A stretch of 64,000 nt of DNA, from the NCBI RefSeq assembly GCF_009834535.1, contig NC_045696.1:65040001-65104000 (forward strand). The letters run 5' to 3'. Numbering within the stretch: position 1 is the stretch's first letter; each line of letters opens with the position of its first letter. Below the pieces are notes generated by a model. It did no database searches. It was given only the letters and a program-made list of their open reading frames with translations, and was not told the DNA's origin. Position numbers and translations under genes: made by a program. This DNA comes from Camelus ferus (taxonomy: Eukaryota). Positions 50,183-63,505 of the stretch are shown here, piece after piece.

Positions 50183-52487
50183 ATTCTTTAATTGGCGATT
50201 AAGTACCATCTCCGGAAAACAACTTAAAACTGAAAGAAAAGCCTGAGTGTAGTTTCAGTCTGTAATCCCGCAGTAAACTTTGGAAAGGCCAGCAGAGTCT
50301 TCTAAATGCAGTAGGTTGTATGGAGCATGAAAGTGCTGTGCTTAGCATTCATTTGATTTTCTTCTAGGGCAGGCTATCTCCCAAGTGACTCTTTGCACTC
50401 TAGATTTCATTTACAGCATCATACAATTATTGGAAATTAGAATATTATAAGTTGATTTATTGTTTATACAAAATATCTCCTTCCCTTCCCGTTTCCCCTC
50501 ATGGTCTATCTACCAAGTTCCTATGCTTTCTTCAAGGGTCAAACACAGACCATTCCAGGAAACTCTTCTTGATCCTGATCCTTACTCAAGAGGAGATTTT
50601 TATTACCCAATCTTAGTGCCTCACAGTATTGTAAACTCTGACTACAAGGGCTGTCTCTTCATCTCTATATTATTAACTGGTTAGAACACGGACAGAATTT
50701 AAATGTTCGCTGAAAGAGTACATGAATTATATAATTATTTCAGTGACTACCCAGGCATTAAATACAAATGTGCTATTTTATCAACCTCACACTAACCTTT
50801 CTTTTCCTCTCCCTACCTTGGATGGGCCATCTATAGCTGATTTACGTATAAAATATACGTTGAACTTGAGAATACAGGCAAACGTATATTGGCGGTTTTA
50901 TTGACTTGTTTATGAGAAATTATTAAAAAAGCTAAACTGTATAAGTTTTTGCTCAAAGACTATATAATAGGTCAGAAACTAAAACTTGTCAAGTGTAGCA
51001 TAATATCTCCACATATTGTTCTGCTCTCCCACACAGTAGTTTTAAATACAGCTTTTCAAAAGATGAATGCTAGAATTTGCATGCTGATTCTATTAGAGAA
51101 AATGGTCAGATTCTATTCAGACTGAATACAAGCTAATTTGGTGAGATGCTGGGACACTTTGCCACTTGGCTTCGAGTTAAGAGAACAGCATCAGTGTTGA
51201 GGTTGGCTTTCAAAGCTGGGTCTTTCCCTTTTATAAAAAGGTTTAGAAAAATTCCAAGTTCCCTTTCAGCTCCATTTCTAATAATCCAGACTTCTACTAA
51301 GGAGAAAAAAATATTTTAAATGCCAAGCTGCAAAATCTCTAAAAAGAGCAAAGAGTCCGTTTGAACACTGGGTGAACTTCAGGGGAAACCAAACTCAAAT
51401 ACTAACTGCTTATCGACAACTGAACTCCAAACTTTGAAACTAAAGTTGTACGCAGGGAAAAGAATTTGAGATTAACGGAGACATGACTCAAATTAGACAA
51501 TGGATTTTCAATTATTTTTTAATCTGTCAATCCAGTTTTTTTTCCCCATTGGGGCATGCAAATCAAAACCAAAAATGAGTCCAGATTATTTCCCTTTCAG
51601 ATAACGTAGCATTCCACAAAATAAAATTTAAGAGAAGTTGAGGGGTTTTGTACTCAGTGACCTGAAAATAAAATTCTTTATTCATTGGGTATTTCCTAAA
51701 AATGGCTTTAATTAGAATGAATTAATGTAAAAAAAAAAAAAAAGAACTATAGCTTTCTTACTGTTCGGTTTAGTATGTGTAGAACCATATATAGATATAT
51801 GAAAAATTATGTACAGTTCACAAAGTATTAAACAGCATTTTATGTAGATTTATGCAACGTCGTGGAAGTATGTAGAAAGGAGCTGAACAGGAACTGCAGC
51901 ATTTGAGAGTCTATCAAAACAATGGATTTACTTAACATCAGAGAAGAAACATTAGGATTCCCTCATATTCCTCAAGGCCTGGAATACCATTTGTTTGCTT
52001 TGCTTAGTACATTTTAATGGCTTTTATCAAGTTCAAATATATTTGAATTTTTACATAATTGGTTCTGAATTCAGAAAAGGAATAGTATTTCTATTTATAG
52101 ACACCCTTCACGAAATCTGTCTTTTGTAAGCTAACACAGACTGTGAAGAAGACGCACCTGTGCTTATTCTGTGATATTGTAGGTCCCTTGAGAATGTATA
52201 CTCCTGCTTATTTTAAAAAAAATCATGTTTCACTCTTTTTCCGATATTTTGAAAGAATAAATGGTATTTCCTTTCAGGCAACTGATCTGTTGATTGTTAG
52301 CTGAAATTTTTATGTTTCAGGCATAAAACAAAGAAATAAAATTTAAAACATGTAGACAGTTGGATTTTGGATTTTGTTTGTATGCTGGTTCAAAGGAAAC
52401 TTGGCCTCTGGAAGATATCTGTGCTGGTTTGTTGGACCACTACAAAGCCTGTTTCATCAGACTTTCAGATATTTGTAAAAGATTATA

Positions 52488-52960
52488 TTCATTCATTCAT
52501 TCACAAGTGTTTATAGAGAAGCTGCCAGGTACTGCTCAAGATTCAAGGAGAAATAAGAACAAGACCTTGATCACAAAGAAGTTGTACTTAGTAAGGTCAT
52601 ATTTGCAAATACATATAATATAAAATAAAAAGTGAATGTTATGTTGAGAGCCACAGATAATTGCTGTGGTGGGGATCAGAAGAAGAAGAGACGATTTTCA
52701 AATGGCAGGATGAGATGGTTTTGTGAAAGGAATTGAATCTGAATCAGGTCTTTAAGAATAATTGAGATTTGGATTTGCAGATATAGGTGGGAGGACTTTC
52801 TACCTGTTGAAAGCCCAGCAGAAACAACAAATGAAATATGTATGTAAATTGTGATGGAATCTGTGGGAGATGAAAGGATATATAACAAATGGCCGATTAA
52901 AATAGATGCATATGTATGAGGTGATTTAGCAATCTGATGGTAAAGACATAGACTGTGAAT
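52488..52960 (-). mobile_element. L2 3' end
   Basis: attcattcattcattcacaagtgtttat...tgccaggtactg...gaataagaacaagacctt. Confidence 0.75.
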
Positions 52961-53629
52961 TATCCATATGTCTGACTCTTTCCTTTTTATGGCTTTGCAG
53001 CTGAACACATTACAGATAGGAAGGTAGGTAAATAAATGTTCATGTTTGCAGAACCATTTCATTGGTCTGTCATTTTTGTTGGGTCTGAGAAGATGCAAAA
53101 GGAAATTACTCTAAGATTAAGTCATGAGTTCTGAAACACAAATGAATCAAATTCAAAATGTGCACTAATAGGACCATTAGGTAGCAGGATGGCTATAAAG
53201 TTCTGGAGTTTGACGATCCCACCCCTGTTCTTTCACCCCGTGCTTTTGCACACAGACGCCAATTCCACTTGGAGGCATATAACCCCTTCTCCATTCACAA
53301 TCCCTATTCAATCCATCAGTCATGTTACTCTGTTTTTATTCTGTTTGTGTAAAAATCATCGCTTCTTTTTGCCTTCTGCCTCCTATTTTATGAAATCATA
53401 GGAACAAAATGCTCACTGCCTACAACCAAAATGGCTAAAAACAAAGTGTGCTCACTGTAACCAGTAAACAAAGTGGTAATAACTATTCTAGTAATTGAAG
53501 CACATGGGTCAAAGTCATTTGATTCATGGAAACGATGTACAATTGTTTAAGTTTTTAAATAAGAAATAGGTTTTTCTATTTCGCCTGGTCATTCTTACCT
53601 ATGAAAGGGCGTACATCATAACATGAGCG

Positions 53630-53820
53630 CCATGGCAAAATGAGGCAAGACCCCTGGACTGGAGATAGTGTTCTAATCCTGACTCAGTATTATCTAGCAA
53701 GCAGCATAACCCTGATTGTGTGATTTCCTTCCCACAGGATTCCTTGATTTCTTCATCTGTAAAATGGAGAATCAGACTATATATGTGCAGATCTAAATTT
53801 CAATGGTTCTGTTAATCACA
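53630..53820 (+). mobile_element. MIR/MIR3
   Basis: ggactggag...gttctaatcctgactc...tttcttcatctgtaaaatggagaat. Confidence 0.7.
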
Positions 53821-55185
53821 AGAACTTAGGAACTTCCTTTATTTCATGAAGCCAAACAAGTATGCTTGTCATCTCTTGGTTTGAATGATAATATGTTGGA
53901 AACATGATAGAGGTAAATTACAGGCAACAACCTTTAGAGAAAAGCAAAAAGTGAACCAAACCCTGTCTCTTCATTCCTATTTAGTGGTGAATGTGTTTAC
54001 TTTGAATGATCCTTCTGAGGACTCAGTATCACAGAAAGAATCATTGCAGCAAAGATTAAAAAAAATAATTCTAGCTTTTTAGTTCTATGAGAACTGTTTG
54101 TTCAGCGGATGACTCTTTCGGCTGTTGAAATGAAAGTGACTGGTGGGATGGTACATGCAGGCTTGATGGAGACTGAGCAGGACACATCTGAGATGTGTTT
54201 TTACAGCACTACAAGGGACGTAATATCAGGTCTCCATCGACTCACACCTGCTGGGTACTGCGTGATACCAGGGTAGTTTTGCTTCGCCCCTTGCCTTTTT
54301 TTCAATCTGACATGTTTTTCCAGATTAATGAAAGGATTTGTGGTGTCTGCGATATCTCACAGCAACATCACAGCGATCCTACAGCGCAAGTGCTCTGTAG
54401 TCATAGTGCATTCCAGCCTGTGTTTCTCACTCATTGACCATTACAGTTTCCTCACTGAGAAATGTTTCAGTCACTGAGCATTGTAATCACTGCCAAGAAG
54501 ATGTTTAAATGAAAGTGTAATTTAAACCCAATGAGCAAGCAACACAAGCAAATTCTGGCGTTGTTTCTCCTCAGCGATGGTGGGGATAGTTATGTAGTAT
54601 CCCTGCAGTGACACTTCGCCCCCAGTAACAGCCCTTTACTGCGTATTCAGAGGCAAAATGTCATCATCTTTGGAAAGCCCACAATGTTCACGCCAGCTTT
54701 CATTAGAAATGTAGGTAGTATTGGAAGAGAAATGTTAGGTCCTCTGGATGGTGGGATTAATCCAAATCATGGAAAGGCTGAAAAATAAAACAAGTAGAAC
54801 CCAAATAAGGATGTAGTGGGTTGTTAGTTTGTCCGTTTGTTTGTTTGTTAAATATATATTTCTTGTATGGCGGCCCGAGGTGTTTTTGGTGGTCTAATCA
54901 CCAGGACTTGAAAGATGTGGTAAGTAATCAGGTTTGTTCTCATTCCCTCCTTTACTCAACTAGTCCATTCTGAGTTGTTTATTTAATGGGGGTTTCATTG
55001 ATCTTCCTTTGGTAGTTTTTCACAGGAAGTACCATTTTTTTTTTCTATGGGATCAATGATCTTATAGTTTATCCTTGCAGTCATGAGGCTTTTGCTTGTT
55101 GTGTGAGCCTGGGTAAGTAAGTAAGTTCCCGTTTCAGAGTCTAAGCTTTCTCAGATTTAAAATAGAACTATTGCAGCAGCTGTAC

Positions 55186-55767
55186 TTTTTAAATTTAGAT
55201 TTATTTTTATACAATTTTAAAGATTACTTTCCATTTATAGTTCCTACGAAATATTGACTGTGTTCCCTGCATTATACAATACATCCTTGTGCCTATCTTA
55301 CACCCAATAGTTTGTACCTCCCACTCTCCAACCCCGACACTGCCCCTCCCCCACATTTGTAAAACCACTAGTTTGTTCTCTATATCTGTGAGTCTGCTTC
55401 TTTTTTGTTATACTCACTAGTTTGTTGTATTTTTTTAGATTCTACGTATAAGTGATATCATACAGTATTTGTCTCTTTCTGTCTGACTTTACTTCATAAT
55501 GCCCTCCAAGTGCACCCATATTGCTGTAAATGGCAAATTTTCATTCTTTTTAATGGCTGAGTAATATTCCATTGTGTGAGAGTGTGTGTGTGTGTGTGTA
55601 TACACATACATATGTGTATATATATTCATTTTCATGTTCTTTTCATTATAGCTTACTGCAAGATATTGAATATAGTTCCCTGTGCTACACAGTATAAACT
55701 TGTTGTTTATCTCTTTTATATATAATAGTATTTGCAAATCTCGAACTCCCAACTAATTCCTTCCCCT
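55186..55767 (-). mobile_element. Composite of two L1 3' UTRs joined at a (TG)/(TA) microsatellite
   Basis: First part 55186 to about 55575 and second part about 55600-55767 each carry the atattga...gttccctg motif; ORF 55489-55752 contains MEYYSAIKKNE. Confidence 0.85.
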
Positions 55768-55844
55768 TGTACGCTTTATTAGAGATATGAGAGCCACATC
55801 TAGCTAGTACTTTAATTTCACTCGACCAACAATGCTTCCCCCCT

Positions 55845-58713
55845 TAATTTAACTTATTGTTTGAAGCAGTAACATATGCATAAAGAAAAGTATGTCCATT
55901 TTTTACAGTTCTGTTCTCCAACCACCCAAATCCTGTCCTAGGAGGTAGACAGTATTACCAGATTCTTGTGAATCCTTCAAGAGACTTTCTAAACATAACA
56001 CAAGCAAATACCTATTTGTGCGTATGTGCATATTGAACACAAATAGTGCCTGTGCAAATACGTATGTGTCTGTATTATGGATGTGTGTATTTAATACAAA
56101 TGGTGGTATGTACAAATACACACATTTGTAGATTGCTTCTTTTATTGAATAATTCATCTTGGAAATCTTTCTAAAGCAATAATTAGCTGCCTTATTGTCT
56201 TCAGTGGCTGTATAGTATTACATTGTGTGGACATGCTGGGATTTATTTAACCAATCCCCTACCGAAGGACATTTAGTTTTTTTCAGTATTTTGATGTTAC
56301 TAGCATCTTTACCTTGAATATAATCTTGAACATACTCCATTTTCCACATGTGCTACTATATCTGCAGGTCATATTCCCAGAAGAGGGTCGGTGGGCCAGT
56401 ATGTGCACTGTGATGTGAGAATTTATTCTCATTTCCTAATAGTTTAGCTTTGGCTACATCCCACAAATTTTGATATTTTGGGTTATGTTATTATTGAGTT
56501 AGAACTATTTTTAATATTCTTTGTGATTTCTTCCTTGGCCCATGGATTTTATATGTCTGCTTAATTCCAAACATTGAAGGATTTTTAAGATGTTGAATTT
56601 CATTAATTTCTAATCTTGTTGTCATTCGTGAACATACTCTATAAGGTGTCAGTCTTTAGACTTTTTATAAGGCCCAACATTTATCTTAGTGAGTTTTCTA
56701 TGTGTACTTAAATAACATTCATTCTGCTCTTGTTTGGCATCATGTTCTACAGCATTGATGAGGCCAGGTTGTTTGATAGTGCCTGCATTTTCTGTATCTT
56801 TACTAAGTTTTCCTATGTGTTTTAACAGTTGCTGAGAGAAGAATATTAAAATCTCTAATTATGGTTGTGGACTTATTTGTTGTCCTCCTTTACTTCGGTC
56901 ACTTTTTGCTTCATGTATTTTGAGGTACTATTAGTAGGCACATACATAAGTAGGATTATTATGTGTAGGTCCTAATGCCCTCCCTGACCTTGGAGCCTTC
57001 TGAGGACTCGGTATCACAACAAGAATCATTGCAGCAAAGATGTTCTTTTATACCTCTGATAATGCTCCTTGTCTTGAAGCATCCTTTGTCTGACATTAAC
57101 ATAGCCATATCTGCTTTCTTATGCTTACCGTTGACTTGGGTGTATCTTCTCCACACTTTTACTTTGAATCTCTATGAGCCTCATGGGGATCACTTCTAGA
57201 CAGGATATTGTTGGGCTTTGCATTTTTGATCAGGTAGGCGGGCTTTGCCTTTTAGTGGGAGTGTTTGCTCTGTTTGCATTGAATGTGGGAGTTGATAACG
57301 GTTGGGTTTAAATTACCACCTTGCTATTTGTTTGGTATTTATCTCATCTGACTTTTATTTTTCTTCTTATTTCTTTTTGTTTAATTAATGCTCTTTATGT
57401 TTCATTTTATTTTCTGTGTTGTATTCTTAGATCCACCCTTTTGTATATAGTTTTTGCTCTAGAGAGTACAACAGAGATACTTACTTTGTGACAGTCTGCT
57501 TAGAGTTAAGATTAAACACCTCACGTGAAATGTAAGAGCCTTTTTAAAACAATGTATTTCAATTAAACCCCTGTTCTTTCTGCAATGTCATATGTTTTTA
57601 TATTATAACGCTCTCAGCACGTTATTATTTTTGCTTTAAAAATTAAAAGAAGAAAATGTATGTTCTTTTATATTTATCAACACATTTATGATTTCCAGTG
57701 GTATTTATTCCTTCCTATATCAGTTTCCATCTGGCATAATTTCCCTTCAGTCTGAATAATATCTTTCAGCATTTATTATAATTCAAGTCTGCTAGAAATG
57801 AATTCACTCATTTTGTTTATCTGAAAAAATGTTCACTTTATCTTACCAAGTTTGAAGGATATATGCACTGGATATAGGATTATGGATTCAATTTGTTTTT
57901 TACTTTAGCACTTTAATGATGTTATCCCGTTGTCTTCTCACCTTCATTTTTCACCTGTGTTTCATTTGTCTTTGTCCTTTCTTTGCTTTATTTTAATTTT
58001 TTTTCTTTATTTTTATTTTTCAGAAGTTTAGTTATAATGTGCATGGGCATAGTTTTGGTGTATTTATCCTGATTGGAGTTAGCTGGGCTTCTTTGATATG
58101 GATCTGTAGAAATATTCATTTTTATCATATTTGATAAATTTTGATCACCATTTATTTTTATGCCTTATTCTATTTCTTTTGCTTCCACATAGGTTAGACT
58201 GTTGGACATTGTCAGTGATTACTGAGTCTGTTTTGTGGTTTGAGTGGGGGAGTCAAATACGTGTCTGTGTATTTTAGCTTGGATAATTTCTATTAATTTG
58301 TCTTCAAGTTCAATGATGCTTTCATTTGCCAGTTTCTAGTCTGTCAAGAAGTACATCCAGTATTTTTTCCCTTAAGTATTGTCCTTTTCAGTTCTAAAAA
58401 TCTCATTTCTTTTTTCATGATTTCCAATTTTTTGCTGATATTTCTTGTTTGTTTACTCATTATGTCCTTTTCTTTAAGTCCTATAACATAATAACAAGAG
58501 CTGTTTTAAAGTCCTTGTCTACCAATTCTAACATCTGGATCAACTTGTGGTCTCTTCTATTGACTGCTTAGTTGGCTGGTTATGGATTACATTGCCTTGC
58601 TTATACCTATGTTTTATAATTTTTTATTGTATGTTAGACATGTGTATGATATGAGTGTGTGCCTTTCCCCCTGACTTTTAGAGTAAAAACTAGTAAATCC
58701 TCTTGATCTTGTC

Positions 58714-58747
<34 letters not shown>

Positions 58748-59385
58748 TGTGTGTTTAGGTCTTGACTATTTTGCTTCTGTGTTTAGTCTGAGGTAGGGAG
58801 AGACCTTATTAAGCATGTGATCCTGAAATGGCCATTCTGAGATCCCCACAAATGTCCAGGGTGCTCATTCAGGTGTCTGTCTTGTCTAGAAGTTCATCAC
58901 ATCCCAGCCCTGTCCAACCATGTATGTCCATTCGGTTCCCAATCTCACAGTAGCTGTTCTATGTAGGCTTGAGACGCCCATTCTGAGCATGTGCTATCTA
59001 TCCATAAACCCAGGACCCTCAAGGAAATTCCCACACAGACTCCTCCCAGTTGTACCACCTTCCTTTTCTCTGGCACCGTTGCTCCGAAATTCAAGTCCCT
59101 TTAGCTGTCCCAGACTCCAGTTTCTGACACCACAGCTCAAAAAACAAAACAAAGCAAAACACACAATGCTATACTTCAGCTTCACCTCTCCATTTCAGGG
59201 TTGAAAAGTGCCCTTGAAGAAAGCCAAGGTTAACATGGTGCCTATGCATTTTCCTCCTCTCAGAGATCAAAACCCTGCAATTCCAGTTAACAAGTGCTTG
59301 GATATTATGTCCGGTTTTATTGGTTTACATCAGGAAATTAAATTTGATCCCGGTTATTCTGACTTCATGAAAGTTGACTGAGGAA
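55845..59385 (-). mobile_element. Old L1 cluster: L1ME-type 3' UTR (about 55845-56415), then ORF2 endonuclease region, ORF1 and 5' UTR remnants (about 56420-59385)
   Basis: WRRYTQVNGKHKKADMAMLMSDKGCFKTRSI resembles the L1 EN motif WKKIYHAN..KKAGVAILISDK.DFK; the 5' part resembles 31010-31455. Confidence 0.85.
58717..58754. repeat. (GT)n microsatellite
   Basis: Read directly. Confidence 0.95.
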
Positions 59386-60234
59386 ATTTTTTAAATTGGG
59401 AAATTTCATGTAAAAAAGGCATATTTCCATCCTTAGTTGGTCATTTTTGGGGCCCTTTAGAGTATTCAAAATGACTTTCCAAAAGGCATAACAATGTTTG
59501 AATAGAAATACGGAAATTTGAAAACATTTCCACTTTCATCCTTATCCTCAAGAGGAAAGAGAGAGGCTGAGGCCCCCAAGAAACACATCCTCTTGCATGA
59601 ATGTGTTGAGGGTATTCAGCAGACTTGCTCTGATGTTCAAACTCAGTCATAGAGGAGCATTTGGTTACATACTGTGTACCTGCTTACTTCATAAGAACTA
59701 ATGGTATTGGTAATGAAGAATTGCACTGTTCCCCCAGTACCTCCTCTCTATCTCTAGTAGAACATTCAAACTTCTGGGAATAATTCTGGTGATAACAGTG
59801 AATTGCAGCATGATATATCCCCTCACCCACTGGCCTCCTAAATTCCAATTCCTCACCCCATCTCTATACTTGCAGGCTTCTGGCTAGAGGGTAAGTCAAA
59901 TCATGCTGTGGTATTTTGCCTCCTTAGAAGGTGTTAAGAACCTGAAAAGCACTGCATCACTTATCTCAGATTGACATCAAAACCATCCTCTCCCAGAGAA
60001 AGAGAAATGGTCAGATTATCGTTGTGCTCTGTCAACAGATGACCAAACTGAGCCTTAAGCAACATAGCCATGATTAGCCTGTTACAGGGAAGAGAAACTC
60101 AGGACACATTATTTGAATCCCACAAATAAAGTGACTTTTTTCAACCTACTGTTCAGGCAACTCTATTCTCATTCTCATCTGAAAATTATAGAAAACAAGG
60201 AAAGTAAGTAATACTCTAGATACTACATTCAGCA

Positions 60235-60400
60235 GACCTTTGTTGTCTTGTTTAATAATCATAACCTTACGGTGAAGGTATAATCAGTGTTAACTTACAG
60301 GTGATGAAACTGAGCTGTAGAGAAATCAAGTAACTTGTCCAAGTTAAAAACTCAGGGGAGTTCAATCTTTGTTTCTATCTGCCTCCAAAAGTACATTTCC
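60235..60400 (-). mobile_element. MIR
   Basis: ttacaggtgatgaaactgagctgtagagaaatcaagtaacttgtccaag. Confidence 0.75.
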
Positions 60401-61529
60401 AATACACTAAAGTTTTCACTATTTTATGATGATATAAATTTACCTTGTTGCTCTGCAAGATTTTGCAAAGAAAGTGTTAACAAAAAAACCTTTAGTTTTA
60501 GAGAAGTTAGCGCAATAATTTTCCAGCAAAAAATACCTCAAAGTATATACATAAAGATTCCCATATCTGTAGAGTTTTTTTTAAGTTATAAAATTAGACT
60601 TGTTCTAGTCAAAGCAACCTAGTTTTTTTTTAATGCTTCATTTGAGATAATGTATTTTAGCATTTGCTTTGCCGCTTGTCAGGATGGAAAACAATGCTTC
60701 TCTTGCTTGATTTAATATCATTATGTCTGACAACACAGTTAACAAAGCAACTGCTAATATTCCAAGGGTTTTCAAGTTCTGTGCCTCTAAAAGCCACTAA
60801 TAAAGTTAGCAAACTGGAAGCTTCACAGCTGAATATTCAGAGGTTAAGACCAAAGGAACTATGTGTCTCTCAAGTTGTTGGACACAAATTGTGTTGTAAA
60901 AAAATCAAGTTTTTTATTTCTTTCTTTTGATACACAGCCCAATAAACAAGGTTGTACAGCAAACAGAGAAGATGCTTTTGTACATTAAAAAGAATTTAGA
61001 TTTTGGTTTCTAATTGGAAAGGCAAAAAATCAAAACAAGAGTGTTCTTTGTATCTAGCATATGTTTGAAATATTAGTAATTTTTATATTTCATAGGGAGA
61101 ATCATTAGTCATAATTACTTATATAATAGCAAAGTTTATTTTCTCTGATTACATTTCTTTTACATTTTTGTTCTCTTAATATGTTACTACCATTTCTTTT
61201 TGGTAGGTAAGCACTGTTTTTGAAATTACAGTATTTTATACTGACTTCTTAACTTCAAGAAATTATTTAACTATTTTATATGAATGATAAAGTTATAGAA
61301 GATTTAAGTCAAAGGAACATTTCCGATTGCCTGGTTTAACAAACAATTCTGTTTTATACTTAGGGGAACTCAGGCTAAGGAGGAAAGTGATTATCCCAAT
61401 TTGAACACAAATTAGAGATACACAGGAATAAAACTCCAGGTCTCATGATGTCTTTTCACCATATATATATTTAATTCCAAGAACTGTTGAGAATTTGAGG
61501 GGAATTTAGCAGTCGCAGTAACTACCTTC

Positions 61530-61865
61530 ATAAAGCTTAAACAGGTAGTGTTAAATTGTGAAGGAGAAAACAAAGTAAAGGATTAGAACATGACTGGAGG
61601 AGGTGCTAAATTATGTAAGGTAGTCAGGTGAGGTCTCAGATAGTCACACTTGAGCAGTGACCTGGATGGAGTGACCTGGATGGAGTGAGGGATCGAGCCA
61701 TGTTAATAAGCTGCTGATGAGGTTTTGAAGAACAAAGGATGTCAATTGTGTAGGACTTGAAATGGTTTATGCATGTTTTTGAGAAATCGCAAGGAGACCA
61801 GTGGCTGCACATTCATCCCATGGATTATTACAGCCAGAGCAATAAGAAGGAAATGGAGATCTGCA
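61530..61865 (-). mobile_element. L2 fragment containing a 14-bp tandem duplication (61656-61688)
   Basis: gtagtcaggtgaggtctc...acttgagcagtgacctggatggagtgacctggatggagtgaggga. Confidence 0.7.
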
Positions 61866-62139
61866 GAGAACTGTATGAAGACAAATCGTAATTGGTACCA
61901 TTTAATTATATCAACTATACAGGATTATACAAGTTGTGTCTTCCTACTTGAGTTAGAAAGCATACATTTGGCAAATAAAGGTAGAAAGGAGCAACAGTGG
62001 TTGTGACTGAATCACATAACATTCTTTATGCCTCAGAAAATGTGTTCCAAGCAGTTGTCACTCTAAAATGTAGAAACTTTTCAAGTTGTGGTTTCAAAGT
62101 TTTCTATGTAAAAGAAATAATCTCAAATAATTGTATAGG

Positions 62140-62330
62140 TGTTTGTAGGTATCAAAGAGCTGGCACATACGTAATTTGATCTTTATAGCCTTATGAGTCT
62201 GTAGTAAGCGTGGCATCAGTTTTACAGTAGAGGAATTTGAAGTTCAAAGAGGTTAACTGAGGTGCCAAAGGCTGGTGTGGCATTTGGAAAGTTATCAGTG
62301 GATAATAATCCAGAAATTTAGAGAATCCAA
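62140..62330 (-). mobile_element. MIR
   Basis: cagttttacagtagaggaatttgaagttcaaagaggttaactga. Confidence 0.65.
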
Positions 62331-62784
62331 ATGGTTTTCCAGGAAATATTTATTGTGCATTTCTTCATGTGTTGTGGGCAATTCTTTTTTTCTATTCTCT
62401 TTATTTTATGTTTTGATGTTATTGTAGGAAATTACAAATAGTTAGTTTTGAATTAGGCAGTTTCACAAGCACTATTTATAAATAAAACACGTAAACATGT
62501 GTGTTACATAAGGGACTGTGATAAAAAGTGAGTAGAATGAATGAGTTGGAGAGAAGATGGAAAATATTTTTCTTGAATTAATTATGTGATCCAAAGCATT
62601 ATATGTTCAACATGAACCAAATCTGTCTACAACCCATGAATGAATGTCACTGGTATAATATTTTCATTCATCATATGTTAGCTAATTGTGTGGGAAAAAC
62701 TTGATTTTGAGAGGACTGATTTTGAGAAGTAGTATTTGTCATTTTACTAAATCTTTCACCACATTTTTTTGCTCTGCTAGTATG

Positions 62785-63500
62785 GGTTTTTTTATTGACC
62801 AATAAAACACATAAAAAAGTATACAAACTGTCATAGAACTCAGTGAATTTTCATCAAGTGAACACACCTGTGTAGCCAGCACCCAGATCCAGAAGTAGAT
62901 CATTGCCAGCACCCCGGATTCCTCCCCTTGCTTCATCTCAATCATTTCCCTCCCTAAACAAAGGTATCACTATCCTAAACTCTACCCCAATAGGTTAGTT
63001 TTACCGGCCTCTGAGCTTTATACAATTGAAATCATATAGTATGTAGCTGTCTTTTTTGTTTGGTTTATTTTGCTTCATATTATGTTGGTGAGAATCATCC
63101 ACATTGTTGCGTATAGTTGTAGTTTGTTAATTCCCACTGCTCTATAATATCTTATTAGCAGAATATATTACATACTCATTCTACTCTTGATGGCCCTGTG
63201 GGTTGTCTCCACTTGAGGGCTAATATGAATAGAGCTCCTATTACCATTCTTGTAATGGGGAGATTAGATAGATAAATAAGTTGATTGATAGAGAGGTTTC
63301 ATTTGGGTATAAATCCAGGAGTAGAATTGTTGAATCATGGGATATACTTATTCTTATCAATACTGCCAAACAGTTTTTCAAAGTGGTTTTACCAATCTAT
63401 TTACCATCATTTATGTATGAGAAGTCTGGTTGCTCCATATCCATTTCAACACTTGGCATCATCTATTATCTCATTTCAGCTATACTTGAATGTAACCCAT
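62785..63500 (-). mobile_element. Old L1 (L1ME/MD-type) 3' UTR
   Basis: ctcagtgaattttcatcaagtgaacacacctgtgtagccagcacccagatc; tactgccaaacagtttttcaaagtgg. Confidence 0.85.
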
Positions 63501-63505
63501 GATGA

